This document shows positions 37,731-50,155 of a stretch of 64,000 nucleotides of DNA, piece by piece. Within the stretch, counting starts at the first letter, position 1. Each line of letters begins with the position of its first letter. This DNA comes from Candidatus Omnitrophota bacterium (GTDB lineage Bacteria > Omnitrophota > Gorgyraeia > Zapsychrales > JANLHA01): positions 38,166-102,165 of the forward strand of contig JACKFJ010000003.1 in NCBI GenBank assembly GCA_020632535.1, given 5' to 3'. The notes under the pieces were generated by a model, which did not search any database, was not told the origin of the DNA, and worked only from the letters and a program-made list of their open reading frames with translations. The position numbers were made by a program, and so were the translations under genes.

Positions 37731-38276
37731 ATGCCATCGGAAAACTTAGTTCAGAGCAGTCAACACAGTCAAACTAAAGCGAGCTCGGATGCGGGTGCGT
37801 TACTTTCTCCTGATATCCAGTTAATGCTTTTAACATGGCTTTCATTCTTTATTTTGCTCGTAATTCTCAAGCGTTTTGCTTGGAAGCCTATTCTGCAAGC
37901 TCTTGATGCCCGTGAAAATACCATTCGGCAATCGATTGAAGATGCTGAAAAAACACGCGCGGAATATTTGCGCATCGAAGAAAAACGTACGCAAGTTTTG
38001 ACCGAGGCAGATAATCAAGCCAAAGAAATCATGAACCAATCACGTGAAGCAGCTTTAAAAAACGCGAAGGTGATTGAAGCACGGACAAAGCAAGAAGCAC
38101 AAATCATCATGGAAAATGCACATCGAGAAATCAGCGCGGAACAAGACAAAGTAGCCGCTTATTTAAAAGAAAAAAGCGCAAACACAGCTGTCGAATTAGC
38201 AAGTCGGATTTTACGCGAAAATCTGGATGCCGAAAAACAAAAAAAACTTATCAACACTTTGATTGAAGAAATTTAA
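37731..38276 (+). CDS. atpF: F0F1 ATP synthase subunit b
   Basis: A single N-terminal TM helix followed by a long charged helix. The track start at 37704 overlaps atpE, so I prefer the ATG at 37731. Confidence 0.8.
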   Translation: MPSENLVQSSQHSQTKASSDAGALLSPDIQLMLLTWLSFFILLVILKRFAWKPILQALDARENTIRQSIEDAEKTRAEYLRIEEKRTQVLTEADNQAKEIMNQSREAALKNAKVIEARTKQEAQIIMENAHREISAEQDKVAAYLKEKSANTAVELASRILRENLDAEKQKKLINTLIEEI

Positions 38277-38281
38277 CTTTT

Positions 38282-38842
38282 ATGAAATTCGGCCAGCAAA
38301 ATACCGTCTCAAAAAGAATCAGCCGCCGTTATGGCCAAGCCATTTTTGGACAAGCAGTGAAGAAAAACAATATTGAAGATATCCATAAGGATTTTCTTTT
38401 AATCAATAGTTTTTTAGAAAAATCACCGGAATTACGCGATTTTATCGCTGATCCCCATCATCCTGTGGAATTATATAAATCCGTTATCAATGAACTTTTC
38501 GCGCACAAAGTCGAATCGCTGACATCGGATTTCTTGCTTTTTATAATTCAAAAAGGTCGTCTCAATTTATTAAGTGAAATTATCGCGGCATTTTTAAAGC
38601 TTTATCATAATCATCATAAAATCGCCAAAATCCGGATCATTAGCGCGGTAGAACTTTTACCCGCGCAAATTGATGCCATTTGTAAAAAATTAAAAGTTCG
38701 ATGGAAACAAGAATTCTTAGCCGAAAATATTATCGATCCATCACTGATTGGTGGATTTAAAATCAAATCCGGAGACAAAGTTCTCGATTTTAGTATGAAA
38801 AGCCAACTCGAAACTTTCCGTCGACAAGTGATTAATGCCTAA
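38282..38842 (+). CDS. atpH: F0F1 ATP synthase subunit delta
   Basis: Called from operon position, size (186 aa) and the C-terminal ...IGGFKIK.GD.V.D.S pattern. Confidence 0.8.
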   Translation: MKFGQQNTVSKRISRRYGQAIFGQAVKKNNIEDIHKDFLLINSFLEKSPELRDFIADPHHPVELYKSVINELFAHKVESLTSDFLLFIIQKGRLNLLSEIIAAFLKLYHNHHKIAKIRIISAVELLPAQIDAICKKLKVRWKQEFLAENIIDPSLIGGFKIKSGDKVLDFSMKSQLETFRRQVINA

Positions 38843-38859
38843 ATAAGAAGGATATCCGC

Positions 38860-40380
38860 ATGACAAAAACATTACGTCCAGAAGAAATTTCCGCGATCTT
38901 ACAAAAACAGCTCGCGGAATTTAAAACCACGGTGTCGACATATGAAACCGGCAAAGTTTTAAGCGTCGGCGATGGGGTTGCCCGTGTGTTCGGTTTACGC
39001 AGCGTCATGGCTGGTGAGCTTGTTGAATTTTCAAGCGGTGTCATGGGCATGGCATTAAACCTTGAAGAGGATAATGTCGGTATTGCAATTTTTGGTGAAG
39101 ATAAAAAAATCAAGGAAGGGGAGGAAGTCCGCCGGACTCAACGTATTGTTTCCGTACCGGTTGGGCCGAATCTTGTTGGTCGAATTGTTGATGCGCTTGG
39201 AAACGCTATTGACGGCAACGCGCCGATTCAAAGTTCTGAATTTCGCCCCATTGAAGTCAAAGCTCCCGGCATCATTGAAAGACAAAACGTTCACGAGCCA
39301 CTCGAAACCGGAATCAAAGTTATTGACGCTTTAACACCCATCGGCCGCGGGCAACGTGAATTGATTATCGGTGACCGTAAAACAGGAAAAACCACATTAG
39401 CGATTGACACCATTATCAATCAACGTGGAAAAGGTGTTCACTGTTTTTATGTCGCGATCGGTCAAAAACGTTCCACCGTTGCACAAATTCATGAAACTCT
39501 GCGTAAATATGGTGCCATGGAATACACCACTATTGTCGCCGCGACCGCTTCCGATCCGGCTCCAATGCAGTTTATCGCGCCATATTCCGGAACCGCCATG
39601 GCCGAATACTATCGTGACAGCGGCAAGCATGCTTTGATTATTTATGATGATTTAACAAAGCAGGCCCAATCGTATCGTCAGCTTTCGCTACTATTGCGCC
39701 GTCCACCCGGTCGCGAAGCTTTTCCGGGGGACATTTTTTATTTACACAGCCGTCTGTTGGAACGCGCCGCCAAAATGAATGAAGCTCTCGGTAGCGGCAG
39801 CTTAACCGCTTTGCCAATCATTGAAACACAAGCCGGCGACGTTACCGCTTATATTCCGACCAATGTTATTTCGATTACCGACGGACAAATCTTTTTGGAA
39901 ACCGATTTATTCTATTCTGGCCAACGCCCAGCGATTAATCCGGGAATCTCAGTTTCCCGCGTTGGTGGCGACGCTCAGATCAAAGCAATGAAGCAAACGG
40001 CAGGTTCTTTGCGATTGGATTTGGCTCAATATCGCGAAATGTCGGCTTTTTCACAATTTGCTTCCGACTTAGACGCAGCTTCACGCAAACAATTAGATCG
40101 CGGCGCTCGCTTGATGGAAATTATCAAACAAGGTGCTCATGAAACTTTGCCGATGCTAAAACAAGTCATGATTATTTATGCTGGTGTCAATGGCATTCTT
40201 GACGACGTTCCAACAAACAAAATTAAGGGTTTTGAAACAGCGCTTTTTGAAGCATTGGATACCACTTACAGTGACTTTATGGAAACATTTAAAAAAGCAC
40301 CGGGCATCAACGATGAAATCAAGGCACAAATTAAAGATATTCTTACAAAAGTTAAAAGTAGCTTTTTACAAAAGTTTTAA
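38860..40380 (+). CDS. atpA: F0F1 ATP synthase subunit alpha
   Basis: Walker A GDRKTGKT, plus [11 protein letters not shown]. Confidence 0.95.
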   Translation: MTKTLRPEEISAILQKQLAEFKTTVSTYETGKVLSVGDGVARVFGLRSVMAGELVEFSSGVMGMALNLEEDNVGIAIFGEDKKIKEGEEVRRTQRIVSVPVGPNLVGRIVDALGNAIDGNAPIQSSEFRPIEVKAPGIIERQNVHEPLETGIKVIDALTPIGRGQRELIIGDRKTGKTTLAIDTIINQRGKGVHCFYVAIGQKRSTVAQIHETLRKYGAMEYTTIVAATASDPAPMQFIAPYSGTAMAEYYRDSGKHALIIYDDLTKQAQSYRQLSLLLRRPPGREAFPGDIFYLHSRLLERAAKMNEALGSGSLTALPIIETQAGDVTAYIPTNVISITDGQIFLETDLFYSGQRPAINPGISVSRVGGDAQIKAMKQTAGSLRLDLAQYREMSAFSQFASDLDAASRKQLDRGARLMEIIKQGAHETLPMLKQVMIIYAGVNGILDDVPTNKIKGFETALFEALDTTYSDFMETFKKAPGINDEIKAQIKDILTKVKSSFLQKF

Positions 40381-40425
40381 TCATTCTTGATAATTTAATT
40401 AATCCCGATGTACGGGACTCAAAAT

Positions 40426-41298
40426 ATGCCTTCAAACAAAGAATATAACGTTAAGCTCAACCGGCTTAAAAATACGCGAAAAATGACGCGGACCATGAAA
40501 CTGGTCTCGATGAGCAAACTCATCAAGGCGCAGGAATCCCAGCGACGAGCTAGACTTTACGAAGATCGACTCAAAGACTTGATCAGTCGTTTGGCAGCGA
40601 CTCTTAATGTTACAACTCATCCTCTGTTTCGTGCCAATACTACTAAGCGACAAGCATTGGTTTTACTCGTGACATCTGACCGCGGCTTAGCAGGTGGCTT
40701 TAATAATAATTTGATTCGTTTTGTCAATACGTGGATCAGTGAAAATAAAGCCAACTATGAGGACATACAATTTAGTTTTGCCGGCAGACGAGGATTCATG
40801 TTTTTTCGTAATCGCTATCGCGTTAAAAATAATTACCTCAGCGTGACCGCCAAACCCGACTTTACTTTTGCGACTAAAATCGGAAATGATTTGAGTGAAG
40901 TGTTTTTAAACGGTGAATATTCGGATATTTATATCGCCTATAATAAATTCAACAGCGCATTATCACAAACGCCCGTTATCGAAAAAATTTTACCCATTGA
41001 GTCCAAACCATTATTATATCCAAATGCGAAAATACCATCCGATTACACTTTTGAACCCAAAGCCGAGGAAGTACTTTCATTTTTAGTACCAAAATATTTG
41101 TTTTTTACGATTTATTACACGCTTTTGGAAAATTCTGCAGGTGAACACGGCGCACGTATGACCGCGATGGAAAGTGCGACTAAAAATGCAGAGGAATTGA
41201 TCGATCATTTGACATTGATGCGTAATCGAGCCCGTCAGGCGGCAATCACAGGAGAATTAATGGAAATCATTGCCGGTGCAGAAGCACTTAATCAATAA
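40426..41298 (+). CDS. atpG: F0F1 ATP synthase subunit gamma
   Basis: N-terminal ...LKNTRKMTRTMKLVSMSKL and C-terminal RQAAITGELMEIIAGAEAL. An alternative ATG lies at 40408. Confidence 0.88.
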   Translation: MPSNKEYNVKLNRLKNTRKMTRTMKLVSMSKLIKAQESQRRARLYEDRLKDLISRLAATLNVTTHPLFRANTTKRQALVLLVTSDRGLAGGFNNNLIRFVNTWISENKANYEDIQFSFAGRRGFMFFRNRYRVKNNYLSVTAKPDFTFATKIGNDLSEVFLNGEYSDIYIAYNKFNSALSQTPVIEKILPIESKPLLYPNAKIPSDYTFEPKAEEVLSFLVPKYLFFTIYYTLLENSAGEHGARMTAMESATKNAEELIDHLTLMRNRARQAAITGELMEIIAGAEALNQ

Positions 41299-41306
41299 CG
41301 ACGTAA

Positions 41307-43047
<1,741 letters not shown>

Positions 43048-43048
<1 letters not shown>

Positions 43049-43917
43049 TGACAAGTTCATCGAATATTCAAACGGAAACAAACGAGCCAGAAGAAAAATC
43101 GTTTTTTGGAATTATTATTCATTCGTTTTTTGTCATTCCTTTTATCATCGCGATGGCAGCTTTACTTCTTTTCGCGTCAATGCACTGGTTAACCCGTGAA
43201 CAATTAACAGCTTATGATTATCTCGAACAGGTCAAAATCGGCGGAATTACAAAACGTTGGCAAGCGGCTTTCGAATTGTCAAAAATTCTTGCGAATCCCA
43301 AATTGATTCCTCAAGAAGAACGTTTTGCCAATGAATTAACAGCCGCTTTTCAAAACTCAAAAACAGATGATAAACGCGTGCAGCAATACTTGGCGCTTGC
43401 CATGGCTAAAACGGGAAATCCGGTTTTTTTAAACACACTTGTTTCTGGATTAAATGGTGCTAGTGACGAAAATTTACGAACGATCATTTACGCCTTGGGA
43501 CTGCTTAAGGACAAGCGCGCCGTCCCGACACTTTTACAATATTTAGATAATCCCGACGAACGCGTGCGGTCTATAACGGTTGTCTCTCTAGGAAATATCG
43601 GGGATGATAACATCCGTCCAGCATTACGACGAATGCTGGAAGATCCTCAACCGAACGTGCAATGGGGCGCGGCAATTTCACTTGCCAACTTTAAAGATCC
43701 GGCTGGAAAAAATATTTTAAAAAATTTGCTAAATCGAAATTATCTTTCACAATACAAGGAAGTTGATCCACAAGAACAAACACAAATTGTTCTTGAAGCA
43801 ATTACCGCCAGCAGTTATCTTAATGATGCTCAATTGAATAAACAATTACAAGAACTTAGTAAACATGATGAAAGCATGAGAGTCCGCTCACTTTCGATGG
43901 CGGCTCTCCAAAAATAA
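43048..43917 (+). CDS. Membrane-anchored HEAT-repeat protein
   Basis: One TM helix followed by repeated AV..L...L.D....VR..A...LG units. Its start shares a nucleotide with the atpC stop (TAATG). Confidence 0.6.
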
Positions 43918-43921
43918 TTTT

Positions 43922-44467
43922 ATGACCGAAACAAAACCATCGACGCCAAGTTCAAATCCAACACCAGTGCCACAGCCGCCCACCATGGATCGACGTACAT
44001 TCATCAAATGGAGTGCTGTTGGCTGGGCCGCGTTTGCGGCCGTTATCGGTGGCTATGGAACAATGATTGTTCGTTATCTTTTTCCCAATGTTCTTTTTGA
44101 ACCCAAGCAAGAATTCCGTGCCGGATTACCAGAAGAATATCAAGTTGGTGAAGTTTCAGAACGCTGGAAAGACGCTTACGGAACATGGATCGTACGCGAT
44201 TCAGAAAAAATTTATGCATTAGCCACGATTTGTACACATTTAGGATGCACACCAAATTGGATGCAAAATGAAGCCAAATTCAAATGTCCGTGCCACGGTA
44301 GCGGATTTTACATGACAGGAATTCATTTTGAAGGACCGGCACCACGGCCACTGGAACGATACCGTATTTTTCTTTCTGATGATGGCGAAATCGTCGTTGA
44401 TAAAACAAGAAAATTTCAGCAGGAAAAAGGGGAGTGGTCCGATCCCGAATCATTTGTAACAGTTTGA
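43922..44467 (+). CDS. Rieske 2Fe-2S subunit of a cytochrome b complex (Tat substrate)
   Basis: Twin-arginine signal MDRRTFIKW plus the cluster boxes CTHLGC and CPCHGS. Confidence 0.9.
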   Translation: MTETKPSTPSSNPTPVPQPPTMDRRTFIKWSAVGWAAFAAVIGGYGTMIVRYLFPNVLFEPKQEFRAGLPEEYQVGEVSERWKDAYGTWIVRDSEKIYALATICTHLGCTPNWMQNEAKFKCPCHGSGFYMTGIHFEGPAPRPLERYRIFLSDDGEIVVDKTRKFQQEKGEWSDPESFVTV

Positions 44468-44476
44468 GAGGATATC

Positions 44477-45274
44477 ATGTCAGATCAGCCCAATGCGCTA
44501 GCAAAATTTTTAGATTGGTTATCCAAAACACAAGTCGCTAAAGCGATTTTCCGCACCGGTATTCCAAAGAACCGTCGTCAACGCATGACGGTCATGCTCA
44601 ACAATGTGTTTTTACATTTGCATCCTGTCCGCCTTCCAAAACATGCGGTCAAAATCAAATACACATGGTGTATGGGTGGTTTATCATTCTTTGTTTTTCT
44701 CGTCCTAACAGTTACGGGAATTTTGCTCATGTTTTATTATCGTCCAACGGTTGAATACGCGTACGGTGATATCGTAGATTTGCGCGAACAAGTACCCCTT
44801 GGAATTATGCGTGAAATTCACCGCTGGGGCGCGCATTTGATGGTTATTACGGTCTGGCTACATATGTTCCGTGTTTTTATGACCGGTTCATATAAACCAC
44901 CGCGTGAATTCAATTGGATTATCGGTGTTGTTCTTCTTGTTCTGACAATGTTGATGAGTTTTACGGGATATCTCTTGCCGTGGGATCAATTAGCCATCTG
45001 GGCAATTACGGTGGGATCAAATATGGCTGGGGCAACACCAATTTTAGGTGCCGCAGGTCCGGGTTCAAATCTTTTGGCATTGGGTGATGTGAACTTTGTC
45101 ACGAGTGCTAGTGATGCCCGCTTTGCAATGTTAGGCGGACGCTTCGTCGGTGAAGGAGCATTATTAAGATTTTATGTTTTGCATTGCATCGGCTTGCCAT
45201 TTATTATCATGATTTTTATGATTATACATTTCTGGAGAGTTCGAAAAGACGGTGGAATTTCCGGACCGGTTTAA
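44477..45274 (+). CDS. Cytochrome b, N-terminal (b6-like) subunit
   Basis: Four helices with the heme His pairs (HRWGAHLMV.....H and [11 protein letters not shown] context). Confidence 0.9.
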   Translation: MSDQPNALAKFLDWLSKTQVAKAIFRTGIPKNRRQRMTVMLNNVFLHLHPVRLPKHAVKIKYTWCMGGLSFFVFLVLTVTGILLMFYYRPTVEYAYGDIVDLREQVPLGIMREIHRWGAHLMVITVWLHMFRVFMTGSYKPPREFNWIIGVVLLVLTMLMSFTGYLLPWDQLAIWAITVGSNMAGATPILGAAGPGSNLLALGDVNFVTSASDARFAMLGGRFVGEGALLRFYVLHCIGLPFIIMIFMIIHFWRVRKDGGISGPV

Positions 45275-45277
45275 TTT

Positions 45278-46396
45278 ATGATCGAAGAATTTAAAAATAT
45301 CATTAATATTTTGGCTCGGCCGTACATTATGTTCCCGGCCATGATCGTTGCGTTTATTTTTATTTTTCCCGCGACCGATGGGTTAATGAAAATCAATCGC
45401 CGTTTGGGTCTCTATAAACTTTGGACCAATAACGGCGGCATCGCCATCTTTGCTTTTTTATTTCTTGGATTTGGATTCGGTTTAACTGACCCGAATTTTC
45501 GGGCCATTGTAACCAAACCTGATAATGTTCCAATCGTGGGTCTTATTTTCCTCGTTGTCTTTTTTCTCTGGTTTGCTTTAAAACAAGCTTGGGAAAATGA
45601 CGAACGAGAAGCCAAAGGTTTACGACCCAATGAAGCGGAGGATGCCAAAGAAAATATTTTAGTGTGGCCCGATCTCGTTTATATCGAATTTATCGCCATG
45701 CTTTTGATTTCGGCACTACTGATTGTCTGGGCAATTGTTTTAAAGGCACCGCTGGAACAACCCGCGAATCCAACCGTTTCACCGAATCCATCCAAAGCCC
45801 CATGGTACTTTCTGGGCTTACAAGAAATGCTCGTCTATTTTGATCCATGGATTGCCGGCGTGCTTTTCCCAACGGTGATCATGCTTGGATTTATGTGCAT
45901 TCCGTTTATCGACAATAACCGTAAAGGTTTAGGTTATTACTCCTTTAATTCACGAAAAATGGCGATTTCGATCTTTCTTTTCTTTTGGTTGATTCTCTGG
46001 ATCTTTCTTATTATCACCGGAACATTTTTGCGTGGGCCAAATTGGAATTTCTTTGGACCATTTGAATATTGGGATGTTCATAAACTTGAGGCTCTGACCA
46101 ATATTAATCTTTCCGAGGTTGTTTACATGATTCTTTTGAATCAACGTTTGCCGGACAATATTCTCTTGAGGGAAATATGGGGAATTCTTGCTTTGCTCGG
46201 ATACTTTACGCTTACACCTCTCATTTTAGCTAAAACATTTCTCAAAAATGTTTATAACCGTTTAGGACCATTACGCTACAGTATTTTTATTATTTTCATG
46301 CTGTTAGCCGCAAGTTTACCGATCAAAATGTTTTTGCGATGGATATTTAATATCAAATACATCGTGGCAATTCCGGAGTTTTTCCTCAACATTTAA
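45278..46396 (+). CDS. Cytochrome b C-terminal (subunit IV-like) protein with extra helices
   Basis: SKAPWYFLGLQEML is the Qo-site PEWY-box region, and it reads APWY here (codons 45797-45808). At 372 aa it is longer than PetD. Confidence 0.8.
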   Translation: MIEEFKNIINILARPYIMFPAMIVAFIFIFPATDGLMKINRRLGLYKLWTNNGGIAIFAFLFLGFGFGLTDPNFRAIVTKPDNVPIVGLIFLVVFFLWFALKQAWENDEREAKGLRPNEAEDAKENILVWPDLVYIEFIAMLLISALLIVWAIVLKAPLEQPANPTVSPNPSKAPWYFLGLQEMLVYFDPWIAGVLFPTVIMLGFMCIPFIDNNRKGLGYYSFNSRKMAISIFLFFWLILWIFLIITGTFLRGPNWNFFGPFEYWDVHKLEALTNINLSEVVYMILLNQRLPDNILLREIWGILALLGYFTLTPLILAKTFLKNVYNRLGPLRYSIFIIFMLLAASLPIKMFLRWIFNIKYIVAIPEFFLNI

Positions 46397-46411
46397 TAAT
46401 TAGAGCATAGT

Positions 46412-49378
46412 ATGGGTGTCGACGAAAGACATTACAATATAGAGAAGTTAAATAAAATTTTTGCCATCGCGAGTCTCACTTTACTCACGGGGGTTGGACT
46501 GCTTTTCTATAACGATTATTCCCGTAAATGGAAAGATTATCAGGGGGAATACCAAAATCTCGAAATCGAAAAAACTCGCGTTAAACTCGACGATGAAAAT
46601 GCTAAGTTAAAAGACGACGCCGAATTTATCAAACTTCAGGAAGACCTTCAGAAAGCCAAAGCGAACTTTGCGGACCAATGTTCACCCGCTAAACTCCAAG
46701 ACATTGCCAAAGCCAATGAGGGAATCAATTCCCACTCTGAAATTTTAAAGCAGCAGTATCGAGTTATCAAGGCACAACTCGACACCGCCAAATTCCATTA
46801 TGAGGAAATTGCCGCCAAAGGACATGGCGATGTCAAAGTTGCCGAAATCCGTTACAAAAGCCTTGAACAAAGGACAAAACAGCTTAATCAACGCATACAA
46901 AATGATGACAATAAATTTGCAAACAATAAAAAAACAATAGATGATTGCTCACAAACAGTCAGGGATTTAGAACGTAACGAGCGGGCGCTTACTCAGAAAT
47001 CTACAATACTTGATCGCAAACTTAAAAAAATCGATCCTAATGAGATGAGTCTCACCAATCGAATCGCGAATTTGGTCAGAAATTTACCTGTGATTGACCT
47101 TGCCAACCCCACTGTAAAGGTACAACAAATTGTTTTAAAGGATATTCATGATGATTTAAATTTTATGACAATGCCTAAAGTTGACCGTTGCACGACGTGC
47201 CATTTGGGTATTGCAAATCCTGATTACAAGGATGCCGCACAACCTTTACGAACACATCCGAATCTCGAGCTTTATTTATCTAAGGATTCCGCTCACCCCA
47301 TTGAATCTTTTGGCTGTACCACATGCCATGAAGGAAGCGGTCGCGCGACGGATTTTGTGACCGCGGCCCACACGCCTTCATCCGAAAAACAGGAGCATGA
47401 ATGGAAGAAAAAATATAACTGGGCAGAACAGCATCACTGGGACAAGCCCATGTATGCCACACCATATGTAGAAGCGGGCTGTTTTAAGTGCCACTCCGGT
47501 CAGACAACCATCAAAGGCGCTGAAAAATTAAATCTCGGGCTTCAGTTAATTGAACGCGCAGGCTGCTATGCGTGCCACTCGATTGATAAATATAAGGACT
47601 GGCCTAAGCCCGGACCAAACTTAGAACATTTAGCTTCAAAGTCTACAGCGGAATGGACATATCGCTGGATCGCGGATCCAAAATCATTCCGACACAATAC
47701 TTGGATGCCTTCATACTTTAATCAAAGCAATAACAGTGATCCCGAATCGAAAGCGCGCTCACAACAGGAAATTCACGCGATCGTTCATTATCTTTTTGCT
47801 GAAAGCAGCGAATTCAAAATGAAAAGCATGCCACAACCGGGTGATGCAACAAAGGGCGAAGAATTAGTCGCTTCCATCGGATGTTTTGGCTGTCATAACA
47901 TTGATCATAGCCAGAAGAAAATGACCCGTGACAGAACGATGCTCACCAAAGAACAAGGACCAAACCTTATCGGCTTCGGCACAAAAACTTCAAAAATCTG
48001 GCTTTATGAATGGCTTAAAAATCCTCAACGCTATCATCCCGAAACACGTATGCCCGATTTACGATTAACGGATAATGAAGCCGCGGATATTGCCGCGTTT
48101 TTATCCAAAGATACGAATGAATCCTTTAATAATCAGCCTATTGCACCAATCAACGATAAAATTGTCGATGATCTTGTCCGTGGATTTTTACAAAAGTCAT
48201 TATCCGAAGTCGAAACAGAAGCCAAATTACCCAAAATGAGTCGCGATCAAAAATTGCAATTTGCTGGTCAAAAATTAATTGCCCAATATGGCTGCTATTC
48301 ATGCCATGACATTAAAGGCTTTAAAGGTTACAAGCCAATTGGCGTTGATTTAACCGAAGAAGGAAGCAAGTCAACAGATAAATTTGATTTTGGTTTTGTC
48401 AAGATTGAACACAGCAAGCAAGCGTGGTTTACCCAAAAACTTCGCGATCCGCGCATTTTTGATGAGAAGAAAATCAAAACGCCGGATGAAAAATTACGCA
48501 TGCCAAATTATAATTTCTCTGAAAAAGAAGCCGAAGCGATTACCACGGCTTTGCTCGGATTTGTTAAAGATAAACCCGGAAAGAGTAAGCCGCGCACGCC
48601 AGAAAATCTCGCCATTGAGCGCGGAGAACAAATTGTACGAGAATTTAATTGCCAAGGCTGCCATATCATTGAACACGAAGGAGGTGCCATTAAAGACAGT
48701 ATTAGCGACTGGCTCGTCAAATATCAGGGTAAAGATAAAAGTGAAGTCGACACGATTATAAAAACATTTAGTCCACCTAACCTTAACGGCATCGGAAAAA
48801 AAGTGCAATCGCAGTGGCTTTTTGAATTCATCCATAAGCCCGAAATTGTTCGTCCGTGGCTCAAAGTCCGGATGCCAACGTATTCCTTTAATGCTGCGCA
48901 CCTAAACTCACTTTTAAAATATTTTAACGCTTTAGACAAAGAAGAATTTCCTTTTACTGAGCATGCAAATACCACATTAACGCCAACGGAACTGATCGCG
49001 GCGCAAAAGATGTTTTCTCCAGATTACTTTGATTGCACCAAATGTCATATTGTCGGCAATCAAATGCCATCGGGCTCACAAGAAACATGGGCACCCAATT
49101 TAGCGCTTGCGGGCAAACGTTTAAAACCGGAATGGGTCATTGACTGGATAAAGAATCCAACCGCCATCGATCCCGCAACAAAAATGCCAACATTTTTTGA
49201 CCCGCAAAACTTCAGTGAATCAGGCCCGCCCGATATCTTTGATGGCGATGAAAATGAACAAATCCGTGTCTTGCGCAATTATATTATGTCTATCTCAACA
49301 TTACCGCCACAACCTATATCGATGCCAACAGCGACACTGACAACAAATCCAGCCGCAACAGCGGAACAAAGCAAATAA
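46412..49378 (+). CDS. Membrane-anchored octaheme c-type cytochrome with N-terminal coiled-coil stalk
   Basis: An N-terminal TM helix is followed by about 200 aa of charged heptad-rich sequence. Eight CxxCH motifs follow: CTTCH, CTTCH, CFKCH, CYACH, CFGCH, CYSCH, CQGCH, CTKCH. Five of them are followed by a distal MP motif (WMPSY, RMPDL, RMPNY, RMPTY, KMPTF). Confidence 0.85.
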   Translation: MGVDERHYNIEKLNKIFAIASLTLLTGVGLLFYNDYSRKWKDYQGEYQNLEIEKTRVKLDDENAKLKDDAEFIKLQEDLQKAKANFADQCSPAKLQDIAKANEGINSHSEILKQQYRVIKAQLDTAKFHYEEIAAKGHGDVKVAEIRYKSLEQRTKQLNQRIQNDDNKFANNKKTIDDCSQTVRDLERNERALTQKSTILDRKLKKIDPNEMSLTNRIANLVRNLPVIDLANPTVKVQQIVLKDIHDDLNFMTMPKVDRCTTCHLGIANPDYKDAAQPLRTHPNLELYLSKDSAHPIESFGCTTCHEGSGRATDFVTAAHTPSSEKQEHEWKKKYNWAEQHHWDKPMYATPYVEAGCFKCHSGQTTIKGAEKLNLGLQLIERAGCYACHSIDKYKDWPKPGPNLEHLASKSTAEWTYRWIADPKSFRHNTWMPSYFNQSNNSDPESKARSQQEIHAIVHYLFAESSEFKMKSMPQPGDATKGEELVASIGCFGCHNIDHSQKKMTRDRTMLTKEQGPNLIGFGTKTSKIWLYEWLKNPQRYHPETRMPDLRLTDNEAADIAAFLSKDTNESFNNQPIAPINDKIVDDLVRGFLQKSLSEVETEAKLPKMSRDQKLQFAGQKLIAQYGCYSCHDIKGFKGYKPIGVDLTEEGSKSTDKFDFGFVKIEHSKQAWFTQKLRDPRIFDEKKIKTPDEKLRMPNYNFSEKEAEAITTALLGFVKDKPGKSKPRTPENLAIERGEQIVREFNCQGCHIIEHEGGAIKDSISDWLVKYQGKDKSEVDTIIKTFSPPNLNGIGKKVQSQWLFEFIHKPEIVRPWLKVRMPTYSFNAAHLNSLLKYFNALDKEEFPFTEHANTTLTPTELIAAQKMFSPDYFDCTKCHIVGNQMPSGSQETWAPNLALAGKRLKPEWVIDWIKNPTAIDPATKMPTFFDPQNFSESGPPDIFDGDENEQIRVLRNYIMSISTLPPQPISMPTATLTTNPAATAEQSK

Positions 49379-50154
49379 TGTTGTTTAAAATTTCGCTTTT
49401 AACATCACTGCTTTTTAGTACACTTTATCCACTTTGTTTTCTTATCAGTTTTAACGACCAATTAAAAAATAATTTTCATCGCTTTCACCTCGGGATATCC
49501 TGCTGTGTAGCCGGCCTTAGTACAATTATATTTTGGTTTTATCCCTTTGCTCTTAAGGAACAGCAAGTCGCCTTAATCATCTGGAGCATTTTTCTCCTTA
49601 TTGTCGCAGGATATTATTGGACAAAACCTTCAGTCAATCCGGTCATCATCACGCTGCCTTGCATCGCTGGATTAATCATAACTTTACAAATTTTAAACAC
49701 ATGGATTCCTCTAAACTTTTGGATTGCTTTGCTGACAATACTTGCTGGAATTATCTTTTGCGCCTCACTCTTTGCCATGAATTTAGGTCACTGGTATTTG
49801 AACGTACATGGCCTGCCTTTGCATCACTTACAACGCAGTGTCTACGTTTTTTGGGCTGCAGTCGCATTGCGAGCGATTGCTGATGTTTACTTGCTGTCTT
49901 CACAAAAAATCATCGTGCACGGCGAACTTTTTCCGATTTATAAATTTATTCTTTCCATCGAAGGTTTTTTGCTCATCATAGCGATTCTTTTTGGAACAAT
50001 TTTCCCACTTATTTGTTTATATTTTGTGAAAGGAACACTCGATGTCAAATCAACACAAAGCGCCACCGGAATCCTTTACGCGATTCTTTGCGGCGTCGTG
50101 ATCGGTGACATCGCGTATAAATATTATTTGCTAAAATACGGCATTATCCTCTAA
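49378..50154 (+). CDS. Polytopic membrane protein of unknown function
   Basis: 258 aa with about 8 TM helices. Its start shares a nucleotide with the cytochrome stop (TAATG). Contains NLGHWYLNVHGLPLHH. Confidence 0.5.
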   Translation: MLFKISLLTSLLFSTLYPLCFLISFNDQLKNNFHRFHLGISCCVAGLSTIIFWFYPFALKEQQVALIIWSIFLLIVAGYYWTKPSVNPVIITLPCIAGLIITLQILNTWIPLNFWIALLTILAGIIFCASLFAMNLGHWYLNVHGLPLHHLQRSVYVFWAAVALRAIADVYLLSSQKIIVHGELFPIYKFILSIEGFLLIIAILFGTIFPLICLYFVKGTLDVKSTQSATGILYAILCGVVIGDIAYKYYLLKYGIIL

Positions 50155-50155
50155 T

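Noticed and set aside
46412-49378. Octaheme protein as an Alternative Complex III (ActA-like) or hydroxylamine-oxidoreductase-type octaheme enzyme
   Set aside because: No ACIII partner genes (ActB/C/D/F) are present, and the gene is coupled to Rieske/cyt b instead. The heme-motif spacing, with five class-I-like CxxCH...MP units, does not resemble the compact HAO/ONR arrangement.
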